Of a DNA stretch of 64,000 bases, positions 20,561 through 30,302 are shown piece by piece. This stretch comes from Nitrosopumilus sp. GTDB taxonomy: Archaea; Thermoproteota; Nitrososphaeria; Nitrososphaerales; Nitrosopumilaceae. The stretch covers positions 480,001-544,000 of the forward strand of contig OZ242186.1 of assembly GCA_965205675.1 (NCBI GenBank), given 5' to 3'. Within the stretch, counting starts at the first letter, position 1. Every line of letters begins with the position of its first letter. Both the position numbers and the translations under genes were made by a program. Under the pieces are notes generated by a model. The model was given only the letters and a program-made list of their open reading frames with translations, did not search any database and had not been told where the DNA came from.

Positions 20561-22344
20561 TGTTTGTAGTAGAAATTTCCACTTGTTTTTTGTTCTTTAT
20601 CTAACCTACTTTCTAATTTATTTACACGAGGTCTTAGACTTTTTTCATCTCTTCTAAATGACATGTCCAATGATTTTAGGAATCTATTCATTGCATTTGA
20701 CTTTGGCATTGGTGATGTAGCCGTACCTACAGAACCCGATTCTCCTTCAAATATTATCATTGAATCTGAAATTAAATCCATTAATTGTAAATCATGATCA
20801 ATAATTATTGCTGACTTTCCAAAAGAACGAACAAATTTTTGTAAAAACTTTGCTACGGCAATTCTATCTTCTACATCTAAAAACGCTGATGGTTCATCTA
20901 ATGCATACAAATCAACTTTTTGTAACAAACACGATGCAACTGCTATTTTTTGTAATTCTCCTCCAGAAAGATTCTTGACGGATTTGTTGTACAGTTTTTT
21001 AATTTTTAATGGATCAAGTATTTGTTCTTCTTCCATACTTCCTTCTACAGAATTCCCATTTGCTTGATCTAAAACTGAGATTACTTCTACATCTAGATCG
21101 TTTTGGAGATACTGTGGTTTGTATGCTATTTTGATTTTTTTATCAACACTACCAAAGTCTGGTTTCTCAACTCCTGCAATCATTTTCATCATAGTTGTTT
21201 TGCCTAGAGCATTAGCTCCCATTATTCCTAAAACTTCTCCTTTTCTTATCATGCCCGGCTCAACTGTCATTGAAAATGATGGATATTTTTTCTCTAACTT
21301 TGGATATGTGAGAATTTCACTATCTTCTTGAAAAATATCTGTAGATGAAGACGATACATCAAAAGAGAATTTTTTATCTCTAAATCTTACATTTTCGTTT
21401 GGTAAATACCCATCAAGGAAAACATTGATTCCTATTTTAGTAGATAAAATACTTGAAACAATTCCATATGCCGTGGGTTCTCCGTATAACACTTCAATAT
21501 AATCACTTAGAAAATCTAATAATGTCAAATCATGTTCTACCACCATTACACTTTTCCCCATTTTAGCTAAATTTTGTATTACTCTTGCAACACCAGTCCT
21601 TTGAAAAACATCATTGTATGAAGATGGTTCATCAAAAAAATAAAACTCTGTATCTTTTAATGCTGCAGCTGCTACTGCAATTCTTTGTAACTCCCCTCCG
21701 CTTAGTTCTCTTAAATTTTGTTCCATGGAATTACCTAATCCTAATTCTCTGATTAGTTCTCTTGAAACTCCACGTTCATCATATTTATCAAGTAATTCTT
21801 TTCCTGTCCCATCAAATGCTTGAGCGATATGATGCACTTGTTGTGGTTTTATTGATGCACGAATTTGTTTTTGTTCAATTTTTTCAAAGTGTTGTTTCAT
21901 CTCTGTTCCACTATAGTGTTTTAAAACTTCATCCCATTCAGGAGGATTTTCATATCTGCCTAAATTTGGTTTAAGATTTCCTGATAGTATGTTAACTACA
22001 GTACTTTTCCCCATGCCATTTCTTCCTAATAGTCCTACAACTTCTCCTTTTTTTGGTGTAGGTAATTTGTAAAGTCGAAATGAATTCATTCCATATTGAT
22101 GAATTTTGTCTGTAGCCAATTCACTTGCAAGATTGACAATCGTTATCGCATCAAAAGGACATACTTTGATGCAAATCCCACATCCATTACAAATATCCTC
22201 ATCAATCTGTGCTTTTTTTGATTCTTTATTAAGAGTAATGCATTCTGCACCTGATTTATTGACTGGGCAATATTTTATGCATTCTAGGCCACATTTTTGT
22301 GGCTGACAAAGATCTTGATCTAAAACCGATACTCTGTGAGTCAT
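20557..22344 (-). CDS. rli: Ribosome recycling ATPase ABCE1/Rli1
   Basis: N-terminal FeS Cys motifs; two ABC domains (GRNGMGKS, LSGGELQ twice). Confidence 0.96.
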   Translation of the reverse strand: MTHRVSVLDQDLCQPQKCGLECIKYCPVNKSGAECITLNKESKKAQIDEDICNGCGICIKVCPFDAITIVNLASELATDKIHQYGMNSFRLYKLPTPKKGEVVGLLGRNGMGKSTVVNILSGNLKPNLGRYENPPEWDEVLKHYSGTEMKQHFEKIEQKQIRASIKPQQVHHIAQAFDGTGKELLDKYDERGVSRELIRELGLGNSMEQNLRELSGGELQRIAVAAAALKDTEFYFFDEPSSYNDVFQRTGVARVIQNLAKMGKSVMVVEHDLTLLDFLSDYIEVLYGEPTAYGIVSSILSTKIGINVFLDGYLPNENVRFRDKKFSFDVSSSSTDIFQEDSEILTYPKLEKKYPSFSMTVEPGMIRKGEVLGIMGANALGKTTMMKMIAGVEKPDFGSVDKKIKIAYKPQYLQNDLDVEVISVLDQANGNSVEGSMEEEQILDPLKIKKLYNKSVKNLSGGELQKIAVASCLLQKVDLYALDEPSAFLDVEDRIAVAKFLQKFVRSFGKSAIIIDHDLQLMDLISDSMIIFEGESGSVGTATSPMPKSNAMNRFLKSLDMSFRRDEKSLRPRVNKLESRLDKEQKTSGNFYYKH

Positions 22345-22432
22345 ATGTTGTACTCTGATATTTTCTTCGTTTTATACCTATTTTGAGCATATTTGGCGTT
22401 AGGTTAATAGATGAGAATTTGACACAAAATTT

Positions 22433-22549
22433 AAGCCGGCCATAGCGTTAGGGTGCGACCCAATCCCATTCCGAACTTGGAAGTCAAACCTAACGTCGCT
22501 GTTGTGTTACTAAGATGCGAGAGCTCTTGGGAAGCAACAGTGCTGGCAT
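22433..22549 (+). rRNA. rrf: 5S rRNA (stand-alone)
   Basis: GCCGGCCATAGCG...CCCATTCCGAAC..GAAGTCAA...GTGCTGGC; complementary termini; about 117 nt. Confidence 0.93.
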
Positions 22550-22605
22550 TTTCTACTTTGCAATCAATCTTTTAATATTGAATTACTTGGATTCATATGA
22601 ATTCA

Positions 22606-22734
22606 ATGACAAATTGCAGTGTTTGTGGAGAAATATGTGATAATGATATACGATTATTAAACCACATGATGGAAAAACATGGTTGGAGAAATCCGAATAT
22701 TGGCACTCCTGATAGAAATAGTAGAGGGTATTGA
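22606..22734 (+). CDS. C2H2 zinc-finger microprotein (42 aa)
   Basis: MTNCSVCGEICDNDIRLLNHMMEKHGW... with CxxC-x12-HxxxxH; below the ORF-track cutoff. Confidence 0.6.
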   Translation: MTNCSVCGEICDNDIRLLNHMMEKHGWRNPNIGTPDRNSRGY

Positions 22735-22736
22735 TT

Positions 22737-24209
22737 CTATAAATTTTGTAAATAATCTAAAATTAATCTTACACCAAAACCTGTAGCACCTTTTGGATTG
22801 TATGATTTTTCTTTTGTAGATCCTTGTGTCCATGCAACCCCTGCTATATCAATGTGAGTCCACGGTGTTTTCTCTATCGCATTTTTTAAAAATGCAGCAG
22901 CGGTAATAGTCCCAGCTGCTCTTCCAATTCCAATATTTTTCATATCTGCAACATCTGATTTTATCATATCCATATAGTCTTGATTTAATGGCAGTTCCCA
23001 CACTTCTTCTGTAGTTCTTTTAGAAGAATCATTAATTTTCTTTGTTAGTTTTTCATCATTTGATACAATTGCAGCAACATTGGTACCTAATGCTACAATA
23101 CATGCTCCAGTTAGAGTTGCAAAATCAATAATTGTCTTTGGTGAATAATGTTTTTCTCCATATGCTAATGCATCAGCTAAAATCAATCTTCCCTCAGCAT
23201 CTGTGTTTAGGATTTCAGCTGTTTTTTTATTATATAATTTAATAATATCTCCTGGTCTATATGATTTCCCATCAGGCATATTCTCTACTGAAGGAACAAT
23301 TCCTACAACGTTGATTGGTAGTTTTAATTCTGAAACTGCTTTCATTATTCCTAATACTGTACATCCTCCACATTTGTCAAATTTCATTTCATCCATTGCA
23401 GCTCCTGGTTTTAATGAGATTCCACCTGTGTCAAACGTGACTGCTTTTCCAACTAAGACAATTGGTTTATCTTTTCTTCTTCCACGCATGTGTTCTAAAA
23501 TAATTAATTTTGGTTGATTGATACTTCCTTGACCTACTGCTGAAATTCCACCAAAACCTTTCTTTTTTAATTCTGGCTCTGAAACAATATTGCATTTCAT
23601 TTTATTTTTTTTAGCCATATTTTTTGCAAAGTTTGCCAATGTTGCAGGTGTACATTCGTTTGGAGGTAAATTTGCAATACTTTTGGTAAATATTGCACCA
23701 TCTGCAACAATTTCTGCTGTCTTGATGTCTTTTGAAATCTTTTTTGATTTTGAAACAACAATTGTAAGATTTGGAGATGTTTCTACTTTTTCTGTCTTGA
23801 ATTTTTCAAATTTGTAAAGAGACATTTTGGAACCTTCAATGATTTGAGTAACTGTAGACATTGATTCAATCATAAAATTTGGAGGTGCTATGATTGAAAA
23901 TTCTTTTAATTTTAACTCTCTTGCTTTTTGAGCAATTTTTCCTGAAACAAATCTAATTGTATCATTTGTTATATTTTCTTTTTTACCTATACCTGCAAGT
24001 AGAATTCTTTGCACTGAATTTTTTCTAGGTACTGGAATTATGCTTAATCTTCCTAACTTCCCTTCCATGTCTTTTAGAGATTGATTAAGTGCTGATGTTG
24101 TTTTAGTATCAAATTTTGGTAATCCCAAAACCTTATTCGAATTTTCTAATACAAATCCACATAGAAGATTTGTTTTCTTTTTTGCAGAATTCTCAATTTT
24201 AATTTTCAC
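22737..24209 (-). CDS. pepA: Leucyl aminopeptidase (M17)
   Basis: GKAVTFDTGG, MKFDKCG, NTDAEGRL. Confidence 0.95.
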   Translation of the reverse strand: MKIKIENSAKKKTNLLCGFVLENSNKVLGLPKFDTKTTSALNQSLKDMEGKLGRLSIIPVPRKNSVQRILLAGIGKKENITNDTIRFVSGKIAQKARELKLKEFSIIAPPNFMIESMSTVTQIIEGSKMSLYKFEKFKTEKVETSPNLTIVVSKSKKISKDIKTAEIVADGAIFTKSIANLPPNECTPATLANFAKNMAKKNKMKCNIVSEPELKKKGFGGISAVGQGSINQPKLIILEHMRGRRKDKPIVLVGKAVTFDTGGISLKPGAAMDEMKFDKCGGCTVLGIMKAVSELKLPINVVGIVPSVENMPDGKSYRPGDIIKLYNKKTAEILNTDAEGRLILADALAYGEKHYSPKTIIDFATLTGACIVALGTNVAAIVSNDEKLTKKINDSSKRTTEEVWELPLNQDYMDMIKSDVADMKNIGIGRAAGTITAAAFLKNAIEKTPWTHIDIAGVAWTQGSTKEKSYNPKGATGFGVRLILDYLQNL

Positions 24210-24232
24210 TATAGTTTTCTATTTCTGAAGCA

Positions 24233-24622
24233 TTATTTAGATTTACTTAGATCTATTATTTTACTATTGAAAATCAAACTTGCAGATCTTACAAATACAG
24301 CTTTTACTGTTTTACAATCTTGTTGACATTCATCTTCTATTCTAATATTTGACACTCTCTTTGTTTTTCCAAATAAAATTGATTTAATCAATGGAAATAA
24401 AGCGGCTCTTCCACCGCGTGCTTTTTTTTTATTAATAAACCAAAACATATCCAAAGCTGTTTCATCTAGAATCTCTTCTCGTATTTTTTCTCCAAATTTT
24501 GAATAATGCCCTATAATTGTAATTTTATCTCTTGCAAAAAAACTAATTATTTTTGCAAATTTTGTACACAAATAACATTGATTATCAAAAAGCACTATTG
24601 CTGTGTCTTCTTGAATTTTCAT
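24233..24622 (-). CDS. DCC1-like (DUF393) thiol-disulfide oxidoreductase
   Basis: VLFDNQCYLC (DxxCxxC). Confidence 0.7.
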   Translation of the reverse strand: MKIQEDTAIVLFDNQCYLCTKFAKIISFFARDKITIIGHYSKFGEKIREEILDETALDMFWFINKKKARGGRAALFPLIKSILFGKTKRVSNIRIEDECQQDCKTVKAVFVRSASLIFNSKIIDLSKSK

Positions 24623-24690
24623 AATAATCTGGAACCCCCACCAAATTAAAATTTTACAGATCTAATCGATGAAATTTATTTTAATTATTT

Positions 24691-24954
24691 ATGAAATTAC
24701 TTGTAGATTATGCCAATTATAGTCATACTGAAATTGGAGAATTTCCTTGTGTTTCATGTTATACAAACTGTTCTAAAGCGTATGTGATGCTTGTTAATGC
24801 TCATGATATTTATCGTTTTTTTACTCAATTGGATTTGGCTCCTGAAAGTTTTTTGGAAATTTATGGCGTAAAGAATTATTCCCTTGAAGTTGAGATAGAA
24901 AAGGGTTTGATAGATCTTGCTCTGAAGCAAAAAATGATGCATGTCAATTTCTGA
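24691..24954 (+). CDS. Hypothetical protein
   Basis: 87 aa ORF with ATG start and CxxC. Confidence 0.5.
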   Translation: MKLLVDYANYSHTEIGEFPCVSCYTNCSKAYVMLVNAHDIYRFFTQLDLAPESFLEIYGVKNYSLEVEIEKGLIDLALKQKMMHVNF

Positions 24955-24984
24955 AAGAAATTGGTGATATTTTTAGATGTATAG

Positions 24985-25126
24985 TAGACCTCTTGCGTAA
25001 TTATAGAGATTTTTTCTCAAATTTTGTATTTTAACAGAATTCATACCTGAAAATTCAAATTTCTCAACTCATTTGAAAAATCCTGCAGCAAAATTCACGC
25101 CTAGAAATAATTACGCAAGACGTCTA
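24985..25126. mobile_element. MITE-like element with 20-bp terminal inverted repeats
   Basis: TAGACCTCTTGCGTAATTAT (24985-25004) versus ATAATTACGCAAGACGTCTA (25107-25126), 19/20 complementary; no ORF. Confidence 0.8.
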
Positions 25127-25139
25127 GTTAATGATTTCA

Positions 25140-25716
25140 GATCAGGAGTTTGTAAATTCAACTGCTATTGAGGAAAAACTCTGGTTTAAAAAAAATCTAA
25201 AAAGAAAATAACTTTAAAAATAGCAAAAAATGTTTACATCTCTTGTACAGGATTGAGTCCATCTTTACTGCATATACAATATCTAGAAAAAAGATGGACG
25301 GAATCAAAATCACTGGTGTCACGTTCACTGAAATATACTACAGAAGACTCAAGACACTAGGAGATTCTAGAATGGATAGATTCCTACGACAGATAAGTTA
25401 TTTGAATCTGTAGATTGCAGAGATTAATTCTAAAGTATATGCGATTGTAAAGACCAATCCTGATATAATACTAATAAACTCAATTCTTGGAATTGGTGAT
25501 TATTCTGCAATAATGACATCATCAGAAATTACAGATATTGAAAGATTCAACGATTCTCACAAGTTGTGTGCATATACAGAAGATGTGCCATCAGTTAGAA
25601 ATTTTGTTGATACCATACATCATGGTTTTATCACAAAACAAGGTTGGTGTATCAAAAATACTATGGGCGATTTATTGGATGCTAAAGGAGATGTGAGAGT
25701 TTGTGGAAAATTATAG
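25140..25716 (+). pseudogene. Decayed IS110 transposase
   Basis: SEITDIERFNDSHKLCAY..VPSVRN..DTIHHG closely matches the C-terminus of 2746..3747. Confidence 0.82.
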
Positions 25717-25866
25717 TTAGGACTGCAAGTCGCGTTAAAATCTAGAGAGACAAGGCCTCGTCTGGTAACTGCAAACAATCCTAACGAAGAGATGAAGATA
25801 GCATTGAGGATATGAGCTTCATATGGATATATGTCTGCATATTTTTTGTTTGGAATCATTCTCTAA
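25716..25866 (+). ncRNA. Degenerate homologue of the putative IS110 bridge RNA
   Basis: Stem GTTAGGACTG/CAATCCTAAC enclosing CGTTAAA..CCTCGT..GTAACTGC, then GATGAAGA..TGAGG..GATAT.TGTC, as in 2565-2745. Confidence 0.55.
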
Positions 25867-25930
25867 TGTTTGAAAAGAGAGAAAACGTATAAAAATAATT
25901 TGCATGTATAATTCTAACATTATTGCCATG

Positions 25931-26749
25931 TTATGTACCAATCTGAATGTTATCTGAGCAATATTTTCTTAAAGTTTCAATTGCAGATAAAATTGCCAAT
26001 CGACTAGTTTTGGGATTATTTAAATCCGGGTAATTTTCAATTGTAAAAATCATTTTTCCGAATTTTCCTTCAGCCTCAATATGATGAGTATTTTTATCAG
26101 TGTCAGGATCAGCGATAATTTTTACATCCGTTTTTTCACTACCGATTCCAGATAAAGAAAGTAAAGCAGCTACATTGATGTTTGCAGGAAACAACGACAC
26201 TGCTTCTTTTGCAGTACCTTCAAAGATTGTTGTTGATGAGTTAATAGAATCTAAATTAATCTCTGAATATTCAAAAAACTTTGCACCTTTTAATGAATTA
26301 GGATGTTTTGTAGTGGTGATAGATAGAGATTCCAATTCGCCCCTAATAGCTTTAAGACCATCCACTCCGGCAATTGCACCTGATGGGAGAAGAATAGTTT
26401 TTTTAAAATCTCGACACGCATCAGACAAAATATCATAAATGGATTCATCCAATAACGCTCCAACACTCATGATCATTAAATCACGTTTGTTTTGTAAAAC
26501 ACTCAATCCGACATCTTTTACAGCATCTTGAGAAGCTGCTTCCACAACAATGTTAACAGGATGGGAAGATAGTAAATGTGAGTTTTCTACAATTTCTGGT
26601 TTGTTATTTAATTGTAATACTAGTTTGATTGCATTTTCTTTAGATGTATCAAAAACATGAGTTAAAGAACCCGGAATTTTTCCAGAATCAATTGCAAGAG
26701 CGATTTGAGTACCTATTGCTCCACAGCCCAACAAACCTATTTTTTTCAA
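25931..26749 (-). CDS. nadX: L-aspartate dehydrogenase
   Basis: GCGAIG, VEAAS, SGAIAGVD, FPANINVA, NPKTS. Confidence 0.93.
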   Translation of the reverse strand: MKKIGLLGCGAIGTQIALAIDSGKIPGSLTHVFDTSKENAIKLVLQLNNKPEIVENSHLLSSHPVNIVVEAASQDAVKDVGLSVLQNKRDLMIMSVGALLDESIYDILSDACRDFKKTILLPSGAIAGVDGLKAIRGELESLSITTTKHPNSLKGAKFFEYSEINLDSINSSTTIFEGTAKEAVSLFPANINVAALLSLSGIGSEKTDVKIIADPDTDKNTHHIEAEGKFGKMIFTIENYPDLNNPKTSRLAILSAIETLRKYCSDNIQIGT

Positions 26750-26861
26750 TCATTAAGAACTAGAAACACCTCTTAATTTATTCTAATCTACAAATCAAAA
26801 ATTACAAGAAAAATAATTAGAATTACAGATGAATTATAGTAAATATATTTAAAATAAGAGA

Positions 26862-27863
26862 ATGCAATTTACACTATTGCAGTTTTTAAACTATGTTATA
26901 CTCATAGGAATAATATTTTGCCTAACAACATCAATTATCCTTCCAGCGAATGGTGAAATTAAATCCCCAAGGCAACAAATGAAACAAGGTATATTGCCAG
27001 AAAACGTTCTTTGTAACGAAGGATTAGAATTAGTAATTCGTACAAATGGGTTATCTGCATGTGTAAAACCCGAAACCGCTGAAAAAATGGAAAAAATAGG
27101 ATTGTTGGCAAAATCAATAAAATTTACAGATTTGAATATCGTTGAAAAATCATTTCAAGCATCAGAAAAAAAAATTGAAACAATACCAGCATCATCTGCA
27201 TCAATTGTAAATTTTTACATTACAGATCATGATTTGAATATTGCACATAATGGAGTAGAAGTAATTTCAACTAAGGGACTATTTGAGTTTACAATCAATG
27301 GAGTATCAATAGAAGGCCCAGCAAATATGATAGAAACAGGTCCAAACACAGGAAAATTTTATCTCACATTAGAATTGCCTGAAACAATTAATGGGAAGGT
27401 GCCTAGCCAAGATGACATTATAGTTATAAAATATTTAGATGAATCAGATTATTCGGGAGAAGAACAAATCTTAGTAAAATCAATTCTATTAACTAAAACC
27501 TTTGCAAAAGTTCAAACAGTTGGAGGAGGATCTAGAATCGGCCATGATTTTACAGTTAGAATCTACGAACCCGATGCAAATAGAGATTCACATGAAGAAG
27601 ACAGAATTTCACTAAATAAATTAGAATATAGGGGAGATGGCGGAATTAGAACAACTTTAGCTAATCCAAAATTTGATGCAAATTCATCATATCTTATAGA
27701 GACTGGACCTAATTCAAACATATTTGAAGTTCAGATTAAGATTCCACGTCAGTTAGACGGAAAAACAATTCACATTGGTGACGAATATGAAATTAGATAC
27801 ATTGACAAATCAACGCCATCAAATACAGATGAAAAGATCATCCTCAAAGGTAAGATAGGATAA
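26862..27863 (+). CDS. Secreted/surface hypothetical protein
   Basis: Signal-like N-terminus; SPRQQM..C..C module; repeated IETGPN motif. Confidence 0.7.
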   Translation: MQFTLLQFLNYVILIGIIFCLTTSIILPANGEIKSPRQQMKQGILPENVLCNEGLELVIRTNGLSACVKPETAEKMEKIGLLAKSIKFTDLNIVEKSFQASEKKIETIPASSASIVNFYITDHDLNIAHNGVEVISTKGLFEFTINGVSIEGPANMIETGPNTGKFYLTLELPETINGKVPSQDDIIVIKYLDESDYSGEEQILVKSILLTKTFAKVQTVGGGSRIGHDFTVRIYEPDANRDSHEEDRISLNKLEYRGDGGIRTTLANPKFDANSSYLIETGPNSNIFEVQIKIPRQLDGKTIHIGDEYEIRYIDKSTPSNTDEKIILKGKIG

Positions 27864-27936
27864 AGGATTTGATGGATCAGTCTTGTCAAGATTCAGTATA
27901 ACCTAAAGATTTTATTCAAACCTACAAAGTATTGTT

Positions 27937-28773
27937 GTGCTCAATACGGTATACCGAGATGCAATAGTCAATAGAGAGAAAATGCTCTCAATTCTACGAG
28001 GGCCAAAATTTGAACAGATTTTACAAAAAGCACGGAATAATTGGAGGGAATTTACGCCTATAAAAGAAGAAATAGTTACAGCAGGGATTGATAGCAGTTT
28101 CAACAATACAAAATTTCAAGGTATTGAGTTGTGGGCAACTACTGCAGTTTCAATAAAATCGGATGGGGAAATTTTAGTAGATTTACACAAATCTGGGTTG
28201 GGTTCTGCTGACGATATTTCAAGTATTGCAAGTAAAATGGAAATTGAATCATGTGAGAAAACAATTGACAGTGTAGACATGGTATTGATGGATGGTTCTT
28301 TACATTCTCAATTAATGACTAGACAAGCAAATTTAGGATCACAGATTGTAAAAATAATGAAAAAGAAAGATAATGTAATTTTCATAGCAAAAACATCAAA
28401 CACAAAAAAACAATTTGAACATTTAGATTCACTTGCAGGAGATATTTTCTACTACAATCATGTAACAAATAGACCTGGATTTAGTAAAATTTTTGTAGAA
28501 AAAAAATACGGAATGGATAAAATAATTTCTTCAACATTTGTAAGATTAAGCAATTCTACTCCAATAATCAAATTAGAATTTTTAGGAGATCAACATGATG
28601 AAAATGAAATCAAATCAATTATGAACAAATTATACAAAACTAGTATTGGAGGATATCCATATGTATTAAAACTTGCACATAATAGCTGTAAAATATCTGA
28701 TAAAGAGATTGGAAAGATGGTAAGTTTGTTAGGACTAAGTAATGAAATAGGTTCACGGGAGGTATTGGGTTGA
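27937..28773 (+). CDS. nurA: NurA nuclease
   Basis: AGIDSS, LMDGSL, GYPYVLKLAH; operon context. Confidence 0.88.
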   Translation: MLNTVYRDAIVNREKMLSILRGPKFEQILQKARNNWREFTPIKEEIVTAGIDSSFNNTKFQGIELWATTAVSIKSDGEILVDLHKSGLGSADDISSIASKMEIESCEKTIDSVDMVLMDGSLHSQLMTRQANLGSQIVKIMKKKDNVIFIAKTSNTKKQFEHLDSLAGDIFYYNHVTNRPGFSKIFVEKKYGMDKIISSTFVRLSNSTPIIKLEFLGDQHDENEIKSIMNKLYKTSIGGYPYVLKLAHNSCKISDKEIGKMVSLLGLSNEIGSREVLG

Positions 28774-30302
28774 GTTTAGGTTTTGTTATTGGAGAATCAA
28801 AACCAACAAGAATTACAGCAATTACTTCAAGAGCACTATCAGTAGGAGAATATATCAAAATAAATTCAGATGGTGGAGAGATATTAGGATTGGTAGAAAG
28901 ATCTGCCGTATCCAGTGCAGCATTTGCAGATGTTAAAAATTTTGATGAAGCATCAGAGAGTACAGAAATTGCAGAACTAAACAAAAGAGATAAAACATTT
29001 ACAGCACATATCGGGATTTTAGGATTTTTAGAAAAGCTACGAAAAGGACAATCAATTATACCGGCTGTTCCACCGATTCCAGGCACAGAAATTACATTAC
29101 CGAGCAAACAAGATCTAGAAGAAATTTTTAGTCCTAAAAAAGATGGATGGGTTAGCATAGGAAATCTTTTACGAAATAAATTAATTGATGCTAGAGTAAA
29201 TCTAGATAAAATTGTGTCAAGACATCTAGGAATTTTAGCAATGACTGGTATGGGTAAAAGTAATTTGGTATCTCTAGTGACCAAACAAATTTCAAAATTA
29301 AAAGGAACTGTAATAATTTTTGATTACCACAACGACTATACAAGTCTGAACATTCCTCACATAAATGTAATTGATGCAAAAATAAATCCAAGATTGTTAG
29401 ATACTGATCAATTCTCAGAAGTACTTGAAATTAGAGATAGTGCAAATGTACAACAACGAGTTTTAAGAATGGCATTCACAAAACAAGTTAAAGAATCAAA
29501 AAAATTTTGGAACAAGTTAGAAAATGAAGTAGATTCTATTGTGACTTCAGATGATAAAAAATTAAAAGAGATCAGAACATCTGCATACCGAATTCAAGAT
29601 ATTATAGAAGAAGCACAAAGAAGATTTGAAGATATTTTAGATCCAGATATAGGAGATCCAATTGGTTTTATTAAAGAAGGCAAAATAAACATTCTAAATA
29701 TTTCAGAATTATCTGAAAAACAAGCAAACGTTGCAGTTGGATTTTATTTGCAGCAACTACTCAAAGATAGAAAAGATGCTAGTATTGCACGACATGGTAA
29801 AACAAAAAGAGGTAGAGACTTTAGATTTAATTCACCAATTTTTGTAATCATTGAAGAAGCTCACGTATTCATTCCAAAAGATCATGATACTAGTGCAAAA
29901 TATTGGGCTGCAAAAATTGCCAGAGAAGGTAGGAAATTTGGGTTGGGGTTAGGAGTGGTTTCTCAGAGACCCCGTAGTGTTGATCTAAATGTATTAAGTC
30001 AAATGGGATCATTTGCAATAATGAAAATAATTCAAGAAGATGATCAACGACAAATAGCCTCAGCAACAGAGTCAACTAGTCGTGAATTAATCGCTCAGTT
30101 GACATCACTCAATGTGGGAGATGCAATACTAGTTGGACAATGGACAAATCTTCCATCATTAGTTCATGTCGAGGAAGTAAAGGAAAAAATTATGGGAGCA
30201 GATCAAAGTGCAGTTAATGCATGGGCAAAGGCAGATAAAATGAAAGAGGTAGCTGTAGAATCAACACAGGGATTGGTACAAAAAGATTTGTTATTAGACT
30301 AA
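28770..30302 (+). CDS. herA: HerA helicase
   Basis: HAS barrel, AMTGMGKS, IEEAH, AREGRKFG, SQRP. Confidence 0.92.
   Translation: MSLGFVIGESKPTRITAITSRALSVGEYIKINSDGGEILGLVERSAVSSAAFADVKNFDEASESTEIAELNKRDKTFTAHIGILGFLEKLRKGQSIIPAVPPIPGTEITLPSKQDLEEIFSPKKDGWVSIGNLLRNKLIDARVNLDKIVSRHLGILAMTGMGKSNLVSLVTKQISKLKGTVIIFDYHNDYTSLNIPHINVIDAKINPRLLDTDQFSEVLEIRDSANVQQRVLRMAFTKQVKESKKFWNKLENEVDSIVTSDDKKLKEIRTSAYRIQDIIEEAQRRFEDILDPDIGDPIGFIKEGKINILNISELSEKQANVAVGFYLQQLLKDRKDASIARHGKTKRGRDFRFNSPIFVIIEEAHVFIPKDHDTSAKYWAAKIAREGRKFGLGLGVVSQRPRSVDLNVLSQMGSFAIMKIIQEDDQRQIASATESTSRELIAQLTSLNVGDAILVGQWTNLPSLVHVEEVKEKIMGADQSAVNAWAKADKMKEVAVESTQGLVQKDLLLD

Noticed and set aside
22433-22549. 5S rRNA unlinked from 16S-23S as a novelty
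   Set aside because: This is the normal arrangement in Thaumarchaeota and Crenarchaeota.
28640-29284. Long antisense ORFs (also 58667-59203, 36407-36799, 23203-23517 and others)
   Set aside because: They are shadow frames opposite well-supported genes and carry no motifs.
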